Positions 37,074-48,056 of a stretch of DNA of 64,000 nt are shown here, piece by piece (the first letter of the stretch is position 1; each line of letters opens with the position of its first letter). The notes under the pieces were generated by a model. The model saw only the letters and a program-made list of their open reading frames with translations, did not search any database and was not told the origin of the DNA. Location of the stretch: NCBI GenBank assembly GCA_963721805.1, contig CAVRJY010000004.1, positions 64,001 through 128,000 of the forward strand, given 5' to 3'. This stretch comes from Nitrospirota bacterium (GTDB taxonomy: Bacteria; Nitrospirota; Thermodesulfovibrionia; Thermodesulfovibrionales; JdFR-86). The position numbers and the translations under genes are program-made.

Positions 37074-39743
37074 ATGGGGGGCGGAAAGCTGATAAACCCG
37101 GCCGGCATCAGGGTCGGCATTCTGTTCGTGGCGCTGACGGCCGCGGCCGGGTGGTGGTTTACGGGGTACATGGTGCGCTACGGCGACTCGCACGAGCGGC
37201 GCGACCTGATCACGATGGCCGTGACCGCAGCAGCGAGCGTCGACCCGGCCGACCTGGCGCCGCTTCTGGGCGGGGAGTCCGACACCGCCACCCAGCAATG
37301 GCTGAGCATCCGCGAGGACCTGCATCGCGTGCGCGCCTCTATCCCCGAGGCCCGCTTCGTCTACCTGATGAAGCGCAAGGCGGATAAGGTCGTATTCCTC
37401 GCCGACGCCGAGCCCCCGGACTCCAAGGACTACTCACCTCCCGGCCAGCCGTACGACGAGGCCACCCCCGCCCTGCTCGCCCTATTTGAAGACGCGCCGC
37501 CGTATGTCGAGGGCCCGATGCAGGACAAGTGGGGCGCGTGGGTAAGCGGGCTCGCGCCGATCAGGGACCCGGCCACCGGGCATGTCCTGGCTGTGATGGG
37601 CATAGACATAGACGCCAGCCGATGGAGCGAGATCGTGCGCGGATACCGGGTGATCGGGCTCTCGATCAGCGGGCTTTCGGCCCTGGGCGCGCTGCTGTTT
37701 CTGGCGATGCTCTACCAGCAGCGCCGGGGCAGCGCCGAGATCGAGGCCTTAAACGCAAAGCTCACCGCAGAGCTCGCCGAGCGCAGGCGCACGAACGAGT
37801 CGCTGCTCCTTTTGGAGAAGGCCGTGCGCACCACCAAGGTCGGCATCGTATTCAGGGACGTCGACAACATCGTCCGCTTCATCAACCCCGCCGACGCCGA
37901 GATGCACGGATATAAGGCCGAGGACATCATCGGCCGGGACGTCTCGGTATTGGGCGCGCCGGGGGCCAGAAAGAAACTCACGAAAGAGCAGCTCAAGGAC
38001 ATCAAGACCTGGGCGCGCGAGCGCGTAAACGTCCGGCGCGACGGCTCGATGTTCCCGGTGCACCTGATCTCCGACGTCGTCTTAAACGAGGAGGGCGAGC
38101 CTCTGGGCATCGTGACCACCTGCGAGGACATAACAGGGCGCAAGCAGGTCGAGGTCGAGCTCAAGGAGGCCAAGGAGAACGCCGAGGCCGCGAGCCGCGC
38201 AAAGAGCGAGTTCATGGCCAACATGAGCCACGAGCTCCGCACCCCGCTTAACGGCATCATCGGCCTGACCGAGCTGTTGTTGGGCCGCGGCCTCCCGCAG
38301 ACCGAACGCGAGTACATGCAGATGGTCGCCGAGAGCGCCAAGATGCTCCTGCGCATCATAAACGACATACTGGACTTCTCGAAGATCGAGGCCGGAAAGC
38401 TAGAGCTCTCCACCGAGCCCTTCAGCCTGACGCGCGTCCTGCGCTCGGTGATCGAGCCGCTCGGGGTCGTGGCCCGCAAGAAGGGCCTCGCCGTGAACCT
38501 GCGCGTGGACGACAACGTGCCGCCCTATCTCGTGGGCGACGGGGGCCGCCTCAGGCAGACGCTGTTTAACCTGCTCGGAAACGCGATAAAGTTCACCGAG
38601 GCGGGCGTCTGCGCGATCCAGGTCTCGATGCTCGGCGACAGCCCTGAGGGCCCGGACAAGGCGAGCCTCCTGTTTTCGGTGACGGACACCGGCATCGGCA
38701 TCCCGCCCGAGAAACAGGACCTGATCTTCGGCAAGTTCACGCAGGCCGACCAGTCCGTGAGCAGGAGGTTCGGGGGCACCGGGCTCGGGCTTGCGATATC
38801 TCAAAACATCGTCCTGCTGATGGGCGGGCGCATATGGGTCCGCAGCGAGCCTGGCAAAGGCAGCACGTTTTACTTCACCGCGATATTCGATATAGCCAAG
38901 GAGCCGCCTGTCGAAGAGCCCCTCCCGCAGGTCGAGCCCCCCGTCTGCAACCTGCAGGGTCCGGCGCTCCGGGTGCTGCTGGCCGAGGACAACAGGATCA
39001 ACCAGGTCGTGGCATGTTCCTTCCTCGAACGCGACTGCCACTCTGTGCGCATAGCGCAAAACGGCGCGGAGGCGCTCGAGGCCCTGGGCTCCGAGCCCTT
39101 CGACATAGTGCTGATGGACGTCGAGATGCCGGTGATGGACGGGATCGAGGCCACGCACCATATACGCGAGAACCGCGACGGCAGGTTCAATGCCGCCATC
39201 CCCATCGTAGCGCTCACCGCGCACGCCCTCTCGGGCTACCGCGAGAAGCTCCTGGGCGCGGGCATGGACCAGTACGTCTCAAAGCCGATCGTGCTCGAAG
39301 ATCTCCGGGAGGCCATAACGAAAGCCATGGCCGGCCGCATGACGCTGGGCGAGCTCGGCGCAGGAGCGGTCGTAAGGACTCCGAAGGGGGACAAGGTGCT
39401 GGACCTCGAGGGGATGCGCAGGCGGCTGGGGGACGACGGGCCCCTGATCGAGCTCACGCTCGGGCTGTTCGAGGGCGAGGCCCCGTTGAGGTTCTCGGCG
39501 CTCGACGAGGCGCTCAAGAAGCGCTCGGCCTCCGAGGGCCGCGTGGCCGCACACTCCTTTAAGAACCTCAGCCTGAACGTCGGGGCCGACCGGCTCTCGG
39601 CCCTGCTGCTGGATATCGAAAACCTCTGCGCGGACTCGGACGCTGAGGGGGCATCTGAGATGTTTTCAAGAGTGAGCGCGGAGCTCGCGGCCGTAAGTGC
39701 GGAACTGGAACGCCACAAGGGGTCACGGACCCCTCTCGCTTAG
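37074..39743 (+). CDS. Hybrid sensor histidine kinase (periplasmic sensor-PAS-HisKA-HATPase-REC-HPt)
   Basis: MSHELRTPLNG, GGTGLGLAI, LLAEDN..LMDVEMP, AHSFK in the HPt domain. Confidence 0.92.
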   Translation: MGGGKLINPAGIRVGILFVALTAAAGWWFTGYMVRYGDSHERRDLITMAVTAAASVDPADLAPLLGGESDTATQQWLSIREDLHRVRASIPEARFVYLMKRKADKVVFLADAEPPDSKDYSPPGQPYDEATPALLALFEDAPPYVEGPMQDKWGAWVSGLAPIRDPATGHVLAVMGIDIDASRWSEIVRGYRVIGLSISGLSALGALLFLAMLYQQRRGSAEIEALNAKLTAELAERRRTNESLLLLEKAVRTTKVGIVFRDVDNIVRFINPADAEMHGYKAEDIIGRDVSVLGAPGARKKLTKEQLKDIKTWARERVNVRRDGSMFPVHLISDVVLNEEGEPLGIVTTCEDITGRKQVEVELKEAKENAEAASRAKSEFMANMSHELRTPLNGIIGLTELLLGRGLPQTEREYMQMVAESAKMLLRIINDILDFSKIEAGKLELSTEPFSLTRVLRSVIEPLGVVARKKGLAVNLRVDDNVPPYLVGDGGRLRQTLFNLLGNAIKFTEAGVCAIQVSMLGDSPEGPDKASLLFSVTDTGIGIPPEKQDLIFGKFTQADQSVSRRFGGTGLGLAISQNIVLLMGGRIWVRSEPGKGSTFYFTAIFDIAKEPPVEEPLPQVEPPVCNLQGPALRVLLAEDNRINQVVACSFLERDCHSVRIAQNGAEALEALGSEPFDIVLMDVEMPVMDGIEATHHIRENRDGRFNAAIPIVALTAHALSGYREKLLGAGMDQYVSKPIVLEDLREAITKAMAGRMTLGELGAGAVVRTPKGDKVLDLEGMRRRLGDDGPLIELTLGLFEGEAPLRFSALDEALKKRSASEGRVAAHSFKNLSLNVGADRLSALLLDIENLCADSDAEGASEMFSRVSAELAAVSAELERHKGSRTPLA

Positions 39744-39752
39744 GGGCTCTTC

Positions 39753-40202
39753 TTAAGTCGCTCCCTTGACCCGCGGGTGCCGGATCGAGCTGCTTATCGC
39801 CCGGCGCAGCGTCGCCCTTATCGTCTCGTCCGAGACGAGGCCCACGCAATGCTCGATGAACATGCGGTCATCGTCGGTCAGGGGCACCGAAGGCTGTACT
39901 GGACGCGACGGGGCATTCTCGGGGGGCTGGACCCTGCCTAGCATGAACCTCACGCCCGAGATGCCGAGCGGGCGCAGCTTCTCCAATATGGCAGGCCGCA
40001 GGAACTCTACCTGCTGCAGCCATGCGGAGCCGTCTACGTGCACGAGGAGGTGCGAGCCTTCCTTTAGCGAGGCGGGCGACGTGTGCACGCCGAGGGGGCC
40101 GGGGAATATCTCGCCCCAGCGACGGGCGATCCCATGGAGCCTCAGCCGCCCGTCGATGCCAAGGTCTGAGATCAGGGCCGAGAGGACGGCCTCCGCCCCC
40201 AC
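39753..40202 (-). CDS. DciA/DUF721-family protein
   Basis: WGEIFPGPLGVHTSP...LLVHVDGSAWLQQVEFL...ILEKL pattern. Confidence 0.72.
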   Translation of the reverse strand: MGAEAVLSALISDLGIDGRLRLHGIARRWGEIFPGPLGVHTSPASLKEGSHLLVHVDGSAWLQQVEFLRPAILEKLRPLGISGVRFMLGRVQPPENAPSRPVQPSVPLTDDDRMFIEHCVGLVSDETIRATLRRAISSSIRHPRVKGAT

Positions 40203-40224
40203 GAGGCCCGAGGAGCGTCTTGCC

Positions 40225-40407
40225 CTAGAGCGTCTTCCCGGAACGGATGCACCTCGTGCAGACGCTGGTCTTTATGACCGCGCCGGTGGAAGTCGAAATC
40301 TTCGCCTTCTGAAGGTTGGGGCGAACCGTACGTTTAGTCCTGTTGTTGGCATGGCTGACGTTGTTTCCAACGCTCTTGCTCTTGCCGCATACCGCGCAAT
40401 GTGCCAC
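40225..40407 (-). CDS. rpmB: 50S ribosomal protein L28, zinc-binding form
   Basis: GTG start with [39 protein letters not shown]. Confidence 0.95.
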   Translation of the reverse strand: MAHCAVCGKSKSVGNNVSHANNRTKRTVRPNLQKAKISTSTGAVIKTSVCTRCIRSGKTL

Positions 40408-40513
40408 TGATCGATACCTCCGTGTTAACGTGCTTAATTGATTAAAAAGAGACAAGTATGATAACATTTTCATTACATTCTTACAAGTCGATCCCGGAGG
40501 GTAGTTCTCACAG

Positions 40514-43500
40514 ATGGCAAAGATCAGGATTCACGAGCTCGCAAAACAGCTTGATATAGCGAACAAGGAGATTATAACATTCCTTGAGAAAAACGGCATT
40601 GCGGGCAAGACCCACTCTTCGAGCATCGAGGACGACCTCGTCGGAAAGATCACGGGCGCACTCGGCAAGAAGGCAGCCGCTTCTGCGGCGGCCCCGGCGG
40701 CCCCGGCCGCAACCAAGGCCCCTTCACAGCAGCCAGCGAAGCCCGGCGTTCAGCCCGGAACTCAGCCCGGAGCCCAGATAGTCAAGCCGGCCGAACCACG
40801 CCCGCGATTCATACACAAGCCTCCGTATGGCCGCCCGGCACAGCCGGCAACCACATCCACTGCGACAACCACACCGCCTGCCCAGACGACGACCCCAGGC
40901 GCCCCACAGCAGCCAAGTGGCGGGTATCAGGGACAGCGCCCCAGCGGCCCAGGCACCGGATATCAGGGTCAGCGCCCCAGCGGCCCCGGTGCCGGATATC
41001 AGGGACAGAGGCCCAGCGGCCCGGGCACCGGATATCAGGGTCAGCGCCCCAGCGGCCCAGGCACCGGGTATCAGGGTCAGAGGCCTAGCAGCCCCGGCAC
41101 CGGATATCAGGGACAGCGCCCCAGCGGCCCGGGCACCGGATATCAGGGCCAGCGCCCCAGCGGCCCAGGCACCGGGTATCAGGGTCAGAGGCCTAGCGGC
41201 CCAGGCACCGGATATCAGGGCGGACAGCGCCCCAGCGGCCCGGGCACCGGGTATCAGGGACAGAGGCCCAGCGGCCCCGGCACCGGATATCAGGGCGGAC
41301 AGCGCCCCGGCGGCGGGTATCAGGACCGCAAACCAGCAGGCCCTCCCGGCACAAAGGGCGGGTATCAGGGCCGTCCTCCTCTCCCGAGGGGTGAGCAGCG
41401 CCCGAAGCCCGCAACGACGCCTAACTATTCCCTTAAGCCCCGGTACGAGCCCCCGAGGGATTCATCCGCGGGCGTCACGGTAGGCGACCTGCTGAAGCAG
41501 CCCCTGGAGATAACGGTTGTACCGCGCATAGGTGAGGAAGAGGCCGAGGCCAAGGTCCCGGACCGTTACAGAAAGACGATCGAGGCCGACAAGGTCGAGA
41601 AATTCAAGGCCAAGCCCGCGATGGGCAAGGCCTTCCAGGCCATACGCAAGATAGACCAGAAGAAGTGGCATGACCCGAGGGGCGGAAAGAGGCCCGGGGG
41701 CGGCGGGTACCGCTACGGCGGCAAGTCCGATTCGAAGGGCCCGCTTACGACCGCGCCTCGCAAGAAGGTCATAAAGCTCATGGAAGGCGCGACCGTAAAG
41801 GAGTTCGCCGAGCTCATAAGCGTCAAGCTCTCGGATATCATCAAGAAATTCATGGAGATGGGCCTTACGCCCACGTTAAACCAGCCGATAGACATAGACG
41901 CGGCCCTCCTCGTGGCCGATGCCTTTGGCGTAAACGTCGAGATCGCCGAGGCCGAGGACATGGTCACAGAGGAGGAGCTCGTAATCGACGAGACCTCCAC
42001 CCTCGTGCACCGGCCCCCGGTCGTCACTATCATGGGCCACGTCGACCACGGCAAGACCTCGCTGCTGGACGCGATCCGCCAGACCAAGGTAACGGAATCC
42101 GAGGCCGGCGGCATCACGCAGCACATCGGCGCATACAAGGTCTCTCTGAAGGGCAAGGAAATCGTATTCCTGGACACCCCGGGCCACGAGGCCTTCACGG
42201 CCCTGCGCGCACGCGGCGCGAAGGTCACGGACATCGTAGTGCTTATAGTCGCGGCCGACGACGGCGTCAAGCCCCAGACCATCGAGGCCATCGACCACGC
42301 CAAGGCCGCCGGGGTCCCGATCATCGTCGCGATCAACAAGATCGACAAGCCCGGCGCGAACCCGCAGCTGGTCAAGACCGAACTCATGTCGCACCAGATA
42401 GTGCCCGAGGAATACGGCGGCAAGAACATCTTCGCCGAGATCTCGGCCAAGCAGCGCATAGGCATAGAAAACCTGCTGGAACTCATACTCCTGCAGGCCG
42501 ACATGCTCGAACTAAAGGCCAACCCCGACCGCCACGCCAGAGGCGCGATCATCGAAGCCCGGCTCGACAAGGGCCGCGGCCCGGTGGCGACCGTGCTGGT
42601 GCAAAACGGGACGCTCCGCCCCGGCGACGTATTCCTGGCGGGCATGCAGGCCGGCCGCGTAAGGCTTCTGCACGACGACATGGGCAAGCGCATCGAGTCA
42701 GCCGGGCCTTCGACCCCGGTTGAGGTCATGGGCTTCAGCGGCGTGCCGACGGCCGGAGACATCTTCATCTCGATGGACGACGAGCGCCGCGCAAGGCAGA
42801 TCGCGCTCGCGCGCGAGAACAAAATCCGCAGGGCCGAGACCGCCAAGAAGAGCAAGCTCACGCTCGACGAGGTCTACTCCAAGATCAAGGAAGGCGCGAT
42901 CAAGGACCTCAACCTCATCATAAAGGGCGACGTGCAGGGCTCGGTCGAGGCGCTCCGCGAATCCATGGCCGGCATCACGCACGAGCAGGTCAAGGTCAAC
43001 GTCATCCACTCCGCCATAGGCGGCATCAACGAAAGCGACGTGATGCTCGCGGCCGCCTCAAGCGCGATCATCATCGGATTCAACGTCCGCCCGGACGCGA
43101 AGGCCACCCAGGTGGCCGAGAAAGAGGGCGTGGACATAGAGCTTTACAACATCATCTACGAGGCCATCGACGACGTGAAGAAGGCCCTCGAAGGCATGCT
43201 CGAGCCGACCCTTAAAGAGACCATACTGGGCCACGCCGAGGTCCGCCAGACCTTCCAGGTCTCGCGCATCGGCACCATAGCGGGCTGCATGGTCACGGAC
43301 GGCCTGATCCGCCGCGCATCGGACGGCATCAGGCTGATCCGAGACAGCATCGTCGTATACACCGGGAAGATCGACACCCTGAAGCGCTTTAAGGACGACG
43401 CCAAAGAGGTCGCGACCGGCTATGAGTGCGGCATAACGATAGAGAACTTCAACGACATCAAGGTCGGTGATATAATCGAAAACTTCGTCATCGAAAAGGT

Positions 43501-43519
43501 GGCCGCGAAGTACGAATAA
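40514..43519 (+). CDS. infB: Translation initiation factor IF-2
   Basis: [35 protein letters not shown]. Confidence 0.98.
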   Translation: MAKIRIHELAKQLDIANKEIITFLEKNGIAGKTHSSSIEDDLVGKITGALGKKAAASAAAPAAPAATKAPSQQPAKPGVQPGTQPGAQIVKPAEPRPRFIHKPPYGRPAQPATTSTATTTPPAQTTTPGAPQQPSGGYQGQRPSGPGTGYQGQRPSGPGAGYQGQRPSGPGTGYQGQRPSGPGTGYQGQRPSSPGTGYQGQRPSGPGTGYQGQRPSGPGTGYQGQRPSGPGTGYQGGQRPSGPGTGYQGQRPSGPGTGYQGGQRPGGGYQDRKPAGPPGTKGGYQGRPPLPRGEQRPKPATTPNYSLKPRYEPPRDSSAGVTVGDLLKQPLEITVVPRIGEEEAEAKVPDRYRKTIEADKVEKFKAKPAMGKAFQAIRKIDQKKWHDPRGGKRPGGGGYRYGGKSDSKGPLTTAPRKKVIKLMEGATVKEFAELISVKLSDIIKKFMEMGLTPTLNQPIDIDAALLVADAFGVNVEIAEAEDMVTEEELVIDETSTLVHRPPVVTIMGHVDHGKTSLLDAIRQTKVTESEAGGITQHIGAYKVSLKGKEIVFLDTPGHEAFTALRARGAKVTDIVVLIVAADDGVKPQTIEAIDHAKAAGVPIIVAINKIDKPGANPQLVKTELMSHQIVPEEYGGKNIFAEISAKQRIGIENLLELILLQADMLELKANPDRHARGAIIEARLDKGRGPVATVLVQNGTLRPGDVFLAGMQAGRVRLLHDDMGKRIESAGPSTPVEVMGFSGVPTAGDIFISMDDERRARQIALARENKIRRAETAKKSKLTLDEVYSKIKEGAIKDLNLIIKGDVQGSVEALRESMAGITHEQVKVNVIHSAIGGINESDVMLAAASSAIIIGFNVRPDAKATQVAEKEGVDIELYNIIYEAIDDVKKALEGMLEPTLKETILGHAEVRQTFQVSRIGTIAGCMVTDGLIRRASDGIRLIRDSIVVYTGKIDTLKRFKDDAKEVATGYECGITIENFNDIKVGDIIENFVIEKVAAKYE
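40922..41310 (+). repeat. 36-bp coding tandem repeat ([12 protein letters not shown], about 10.5 copies) in infB
   Basis: Directly visible in both DNA and translation. Confidence 0.95.
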
Positions 43520-43526
43520 AATCTGC

Positions 43527-43553
43527 GCCCTCCCCCTGAGTCAGGGGGAGGGC
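43527..43553. other. Perfect 13-bp inverted repeat between infB and rbfA
   Basis: GCCCTCCCCCTGA-G-TCAGGGGGAGGGC. Confidence 0.7.
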
Positions 43554-43628
43554 CCGGCATCCCGCACCGGAGGACTTCCCATATCCTCCCTGATGTGCTA
43601 ATTTCATACGAGAGGAGGGCCCTCCGCC

Positions 43629-43985
43629 ATGCTGCCGTATAAACGCTCGGAGCGCGTCGCTCAGCTAATCAAGAAAGAGATCTCGGAGTACCTCGCGGAG
43701 CGCGTCGCGGACCCCTCGGTAGGATTTTTCACGATCACGGACGTCACGCTCTCGGACGACCTCAAGCACGCCAAGATTTTCGTAAGCGTCCTGGACGACG
43801 CCAAGCGCGAGCACACGCTCGAGGTCCTGCGCTCGATGAAAGGCCATATCCGCGCAAACGTGCTCATGGGCCTCCGCATGAAGAACATCCCCTCGATAGA
43901 CTTCTACCACGACAGCTCTGCCGCATACGGCGACAAGATGGAACGGCTGCTCAAGAAGATCAGGGAAGAGGACTCCGCGCGGTGA
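43629..43985 (+). CDS. rbfA: Ribosome-binding factor A
   Basis: RSERVAQLIKKEIS, LSDDLKHAKIFVS, IPSIDFYHD. Confidence 0.95.
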   Translation: MLPYKRSERVAQLIKKEISEYLAERVADPSVGFFTITDVTLSDDLKHAKIFVSVLDDAKREHTLEVLRSMKGHIRANVLMGLRMKNIPSIDFYHDSSAAYGDKMERLLKKIREEDSAR

Positions 43986-44953
43986 AAGGGATACCTGAGT
44001 TCCTCACGGGTCACGACAGGTTCCTCATAGCCACGCACCTCAACCCCGACGGCGACGGCCTCGGCTCTGCCCTCGCGCTCGGGATCGGGCTTGAGGGCAT
44101 GGGCAAGCGCGCCGCGGTCTTCGCCAAAGACGGCGTGCCCGAGACCTACCGTTTCCTCCCGATGTGGGAGAGAATACTGTCCTCGGTCCCGGCCAGGTGT
44201 CTCGCCGAGGCGTGGCCGGTCGTGTACGTCGACTGCAGCAGCCCGCGCCGCGCCGGGCTCGAAGCCGAGGCCCCGAGCCTCGGGCCGGCCGCTATCATCG
44301 ACCACCACGAGACCGAGAGCGACACCCCGGCCGTAAGCTGGGTCGACTCGCTCGCGCCTGCCGCCGGCATGATGGTATGGAGCGCGCTTAAGGCCATCTC
44401 CGCCCCGATCATCCCGGACATAGCAACCAACCTCTATGCCGCGATCTCGGTCGACACCGGGATGTTCAGATACCCGAACACGACGGCCGAGGCCCTCCGC
44501 GTGGGGGCGGACCTCATAGACGCCGGGGCGCACCCCGCATCGGTCGCAAGCGGGCTGTACGAGAGCTGGAGCCGCAACCGCTTCGAGCTCTTTCAGCTCT
44601 CGATCCGGTCGATGGAGATCCGGGGCGAGGCCGCGTTCATGGCGGTCACGCAGGAGATGCTGCGCGCCACCGGCGCCTCGCAGGCCGAGACCGAAAACAT
44701 CGTCAACTACCCGCTGATGATCCGCGACGTCCGCGTATCGGTGATGCTCCGGGAGGTCCGCGAGGGTGCCTGGAAGGCATCGCTTCGTAGCAAGGGCAAG
44801 GTGAACGTCGCGCGCATCTGCGAGCATTTTGGCGGCGGGGGCCATATGAACGCGGCCGGATGCCAGCTCAGCGGCGACCTCGCCGCGGCCAGGCTCGCGA
44901 TACTCGACGCGGTCAGCCGATGGGTCACGGTCGGGACATCGGACAGCCGTTAA
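43982..44953 (+). CDS. nrnA: DHH/DHHA1 phosphoesterase (NrnA-like)
   Basis: HLNPDGDGLGS, IDHH, DTGMF, SLRS, GGGGHMNAAG. Confidence 0.88.
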   Translation: MKGIPEFLTGHDRFLIATHLNPDGDGLGSALALGIGLEGMGKRAAVFAKDGVPETYRFLPMWERILSSVPARCLAEAWPVVYVDCSSPRRAGLEAEAPSLGPAAIIDHHETESDTPAVSWVDSLAPAAGMMVWSALKAISAPIIPDIATNLYAAISVDTGMFRYPNTTAEALRVGADLIDAGAHPASVASGLYESWSRNRFELFQLSIRSMEIRGEAAFMAVTQEMLRATGASQAETENIVNYPLMIRDVRVSVMLREVREGAWKASLRSKGKVNVARICEHFGGGGHMNAAGCQLSGDLAAARLAILDAVSRWVTVGTSDSR

Positions 44954-44996
44954 TCGCCTAACGCGTGGTTGATTCTGGCTGCGAGTGAGATAGGCC

Positions 44997-45332
44997 CTAA
45001 GGTCTGAGGGACTTGTTGCACTCCGAGCAGTAGTCCCTCATCGGGACGTACTTGCCGCAGTTTGAGCAGCGGACGAGTTCTATCGGAAGTTCCCTGCCGC
45101 ACTTGCCGCAAAACGATGCACCGTCGGGGTTGGGAGCGCCGCAAAACGGGCACCTCTTTGCCATCGCCGGGCGGAGCTTGCTTGAGAGCAGCGCCAGCAG
45201 GATGATCATGAACGGGAAGATCGCGCATATCGCGCCCCAGGCGATCCAGTTTCGGCCCTTCTTGTCCGCAATCAGCGCCCCGGCCACCCCAGCCGCAAGC
45301 GTGAGAAAAAACATATTCCTGAACAAAAACAA
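44997..45332 (-). CDS. Membrane protein with a double zinc ribbon
   Basis: Two TM helices (KKGRNWIAW), then CPFC, CGKC, CSNC, CSEC. Confidence 0.75.
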   Translation of the reverse strand: MFLFRNMFFLTLAAGVAGALIADKKGRNWIAWGAICAIFPFMIILLALLSSKLRPAMAKRCPFCGAPNPDGASFCGKCGRELPIELVRCSNCGKYVPMRDYCSECNKSLRP

Positions 45333-46271
45333 CTAAGCCTTACCGCCTTCGCCGTATACCTTCGCGAGTATCACGTCCGCACCCCTAGAGAGCAGCTCCT
45401 CCGCGATCTGAAGCCCCAGCTTCCCGGCATCGGCCTCCGGCACGCCTTTGCGCCCGGTGCGTATGATCTTCGAGCCGTCGGGCTCGCCCACGAGCCCCTC
45501 CATGTCGAGCAGCCCATCATGGAGCACAGCATGCCCGGCTATGGGAACCTGACAGCCGCCCTCGAGCCGGATTAAGAGCGCGCGCTCCGCGGTCACGCAT
45601 ACGGCGGTATCGTGGTCGTTCAGGGGTGCTAGCAGCTCGTTTATGAACGCGTCATCCACGCGGCACTCAACCCCGACCGCGCCCTGCGCTATCGCCGGGA
45701 GACTCACCGCCGGGTCTATGTATTCGACTATCCGCTCGCCCCAGCCCAGGCGCCTCACGCCGGCCGCGGCCAGCATTATCGCGTCGAACTGGCCCTCGTC
45801 AAGCTTCCTGAAGCGTGTCTCCAGATTTCCCCGCAGCATCGCGATCTTCAGGTCCGGCCTTACGCTCAGAATCTGGCAAGACCTCCGCAGGCTAGATGTG
45901 CCGACGGTCGCGCCGTGCGGCAGGTCCGCGAACTTGACGCCCTTCGAGATGAGGCAGTCGCGCGGGTCCTCGCGCTTGAGGATCGCCGTGAGGTGCAGCC
46001 TCTCGGGCAGCACCGTAGGGACGTCCTTCATGCTGTGCACCGCCAAGTCGCAGCCGCCGTCCAGCAGCGCCTCCTCGATCTCCTTGACGAAGAGCCCCTT
46101 GCCGCCGACCTTCGCAAGCGGGACGTCGAGGATCTTGTCGCCGGTCGTCTTGATCTTGTTGAGCTCGACCGTGAGGCCGGGGCGGAGCTGCATCAGCAGG
46201 GAGCGCACCCATTCGGCCTGCCATAAGGCCAGTTTACTACCCCTAGTACCAATTACAATTTTATCTCTCAT
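45333..46271 (-). CDS. hemC: Porphobilinogen deaminase
   Basis: IGTRGSKLALWQA, GGKGLFVKE, AVHSMKDVP, GTSSLRR, LEGGCQVP. Confidence 0.97.
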   Translation of the reverse strand: MRDKIVIGTRGSKLALWQAEWVRSLLMQLRPGLTVELNKIKTTGDKILDVPLAKVGGKGLFVKEIEEALLDGGCDLAVHSMKDVPTVLPERLHLTAILKREDPRDCLISKGVKFADLPHGATVGTSSLRRSCQILSVRPDLKIAMLRGNLETRFRKLDEGQFDAIMLAAAGVRRLGWGERIVEYIDPAVSLPAIAQGAVGVECRVDDAFINELLAPLNDHDTAVCVTAERALLIRLEGGCQVPIAGHAVLHDGLLDMEGLVGEPDGSKIIRTGRKGVPEADAGKLGLQIAEELLSRGADVILAKVYGEGGKA

Positions 46272-46309
46272 AAGACACATATTATAACACGGCACAACGG
46301 GCTCATTTC

Positions 46310-46432
46310 AAAGCGCGCGAAATACGCGTGATACTGCGTCAGGGCTTCAAAGACGCGCCCTCGGAGTACGTCACAGTACACCGTCGGGCGGTCTCCTCGC
46401 CCTTCCTTGTCTGACACGATTTCTCGCACTTT
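46310..46432 (+). repeat. Dispersed palindromic repeat family A
   Basis: GATACTGCGT...GTACGTCACAGTACACC...CCTTGTCTG...CGATTT core. Confidence 0.8.
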
Positions 46433-46481
46433 AAGTTACTGAAACGTAATCGTGCGAGCGGTCAACTGCATTAGTTTAAAG

Positions 46482-46531
46482 ATGAGCGCTGTGGCGCGAA
46501 TAGTGAGAGGGGGCCTTGACCCCGCGAATAG
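46482..46531 (+). repeat. Repeat family B, two tandem units
   Basis: ATGAG-CGCTGTGGCG-CGAAT-AGTGAG-...-CGAATAG. Confidence 0.65.
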
Positions 46532-46738
46532 GAGCCGGGGGGCGCTGCCCCCCTGTAGGTAGAATTACCTAATTGACTTATGCGGCTGATGGTATTAAGC
46601 TAGTGCATGCAGTGAGGGGGATAGGGCCAGGGGTGGCCACCGCCCGTCCGGGATTTATTCAGGGCGGACGTGTATAATTGAAACCTCACGTCGCGTCCAA
46701 TCTGAATCCTACTGACGTACCAGGGGGGTATTTTTTTC

Positions 46739-48052
46739 TTGAACAGCTTACTCTTGCTTGCGGGGGCCGAGGCCGACTCCATTGTCTCGGCGCTCGGGCA
46801 GGGCTCGTACAGCATATCGGTCAAGGCCAAGCTTCCGGCCGCGCTCCGGGCGATAGAGGGCCGCGAGGTCGTGGTCGTAGGCCGCGAGTTCGGCCCCGAC
46901 GCGGCCTCTGACATACTCGCATACAACCCCGAATGCCTGGTCATACTTCTGCACGACGGCGATGCGCCCGAGGAGTGCGGGGCATACGAGTGCATAGAGG
47001 CAGGGCGCACGGCGCGGCGGCTACCGGCCGCGGTCAAAAACGCGGTGCGGCTTCAGCGGATGCGCGACGACCTGCGCGACCTCATGGGCGAGCACAAGCT
47101 CCCGCACTTCCTGAAAAGCAGGCACAAGGGGATGCAGCGCTCGATGCGCATGATCGAGGAGGCCGCCCTCATAAACGAGCCCGTGCTGCTCATGGGCGAG
47201 AGGGGCACCGGACGCGGATCGGCCGCGCGCGCGATCCATGCCGGGGGGCCGCGGCGCACCTCGGCCTTCGTCACGCTCGAGCCCGTGCGCGACGGCGTCG
47301 AGGCCGAGCTCTTCGGCAGGCTCTCGGGCGGGGACCTCAGCGAGGGCCTCCTGCACAAGGCCGACGGCGGCACGCTGTATCTGGGCGACGTCGGCCCGAT
47401 CTCGGGCGAGCTTACGCGCGGCATCATGGGGCTGCTCGGCAACCGCATGTTCAGGCCGGTAGGCTCGCCTGCCGAGGCCCGCTCCGACGCGCGGATCATA
47501 TGCGGGGTCAACGGCGGGCCGGTCGACGAGGCCCTGCTTGCGATGTTCCCGGTCAGGGTCACGCTGCCCCCGCTTCGGGAGCGCGGCGACGACATCATGC
47601 CGCTGGCCGAGGTCTTTCTGGCCGAGGCGATAGATGAGTTCGGCACCGGGCTGAAGAAGTTCACGCGCGGCGCCAGGAAGCTGATGATGGAGTACCCCTG
47701 GCCCGGCAACGTCAAGGAACTCAAGTACGCGGTCAGGAAGGCCGTGCTTCTATCGCCGGGGCCGCGCATCGAGGAGCGCCACCTTGGCACCCCCGGAGCC
47801 CTCTCGCACGTCACGATGAAGGAGTTCCTGGCTGAGAAGCTCACCTCGTATATACGCGACATGGCCCGCTGCGGCCGCTCCGACATTCACCAGACCGTGA
47901 TCGCGGAGGCCGAGCGCGCGCTGGTCGAACTCGCGCTGGCCGAGACCGGCGGCAACCAGGTGAGGGCCTCGCGCGCACTCGGGATCTCGCGCGCCACGCT
48001 CCGCACGAAGATCAAGTCATACGGCATCACCCCCCCGGCCGCTGCCGAATGA
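46739..48052 (+). CDS. Degenerate NtrC-family regulator (pseudo-REC, AAA+ without GAFTGA, Fis-type HTH)
   Basis: GERGTGR, AELFG, LYLGDV, WPGNVKEL, GNQVRASRALGISRATLRTK. Confidence 0.8.
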   Translation: MNSLLLLAGAEADSIVSALGQGSYSISVKAKLPAALRAIEGREVVVVGREFGPDAASDILAYNPECLVILLHDGDAPEECGAYECIEAGRTARRLPAAVKNAVRLQRMRDDLRDLMGEHKLPHFLKSRHKGMQRSMRMIEEAALINEPVLLMGERGTGRGSAARAIHAGGPRRTSAFVTLEPVRDGVEAELFGRLSGGDLSEGLLHKADGGTLYLGDVGPISGELTRGIMGLLGNRMFRPVGSPAEARSDARIICGVNGGPVDEALLAMFPVRVTLPPLRERGDDIMPLAEVFLAEAIDEFGTGLKKFTRGARKLMMEYPWPGNVKELKYAVRKAVLLSPGPRIEERHLGTPGALSHVTMKEFLAEKLTSYIRDMARCGRSDIHQTVIAEAERALVELALAETGGNQVRASRALGISRATLRTKIKSYGITPPAAAE

Positions 48053-48056
48053 AAAA

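Noticed and set aside
40922..41310. 36-bp repeats as a possible CRISPR array
   Set aside because: The units are contiguous with no spacers, lie in frame within infB, and no cas genes are present.
46570..46740. Possible small RNA upstream of the degenerate regulator
   Set aside because: Promoter-like hexamers and GC stems are present, but no recognisable family or terminator.
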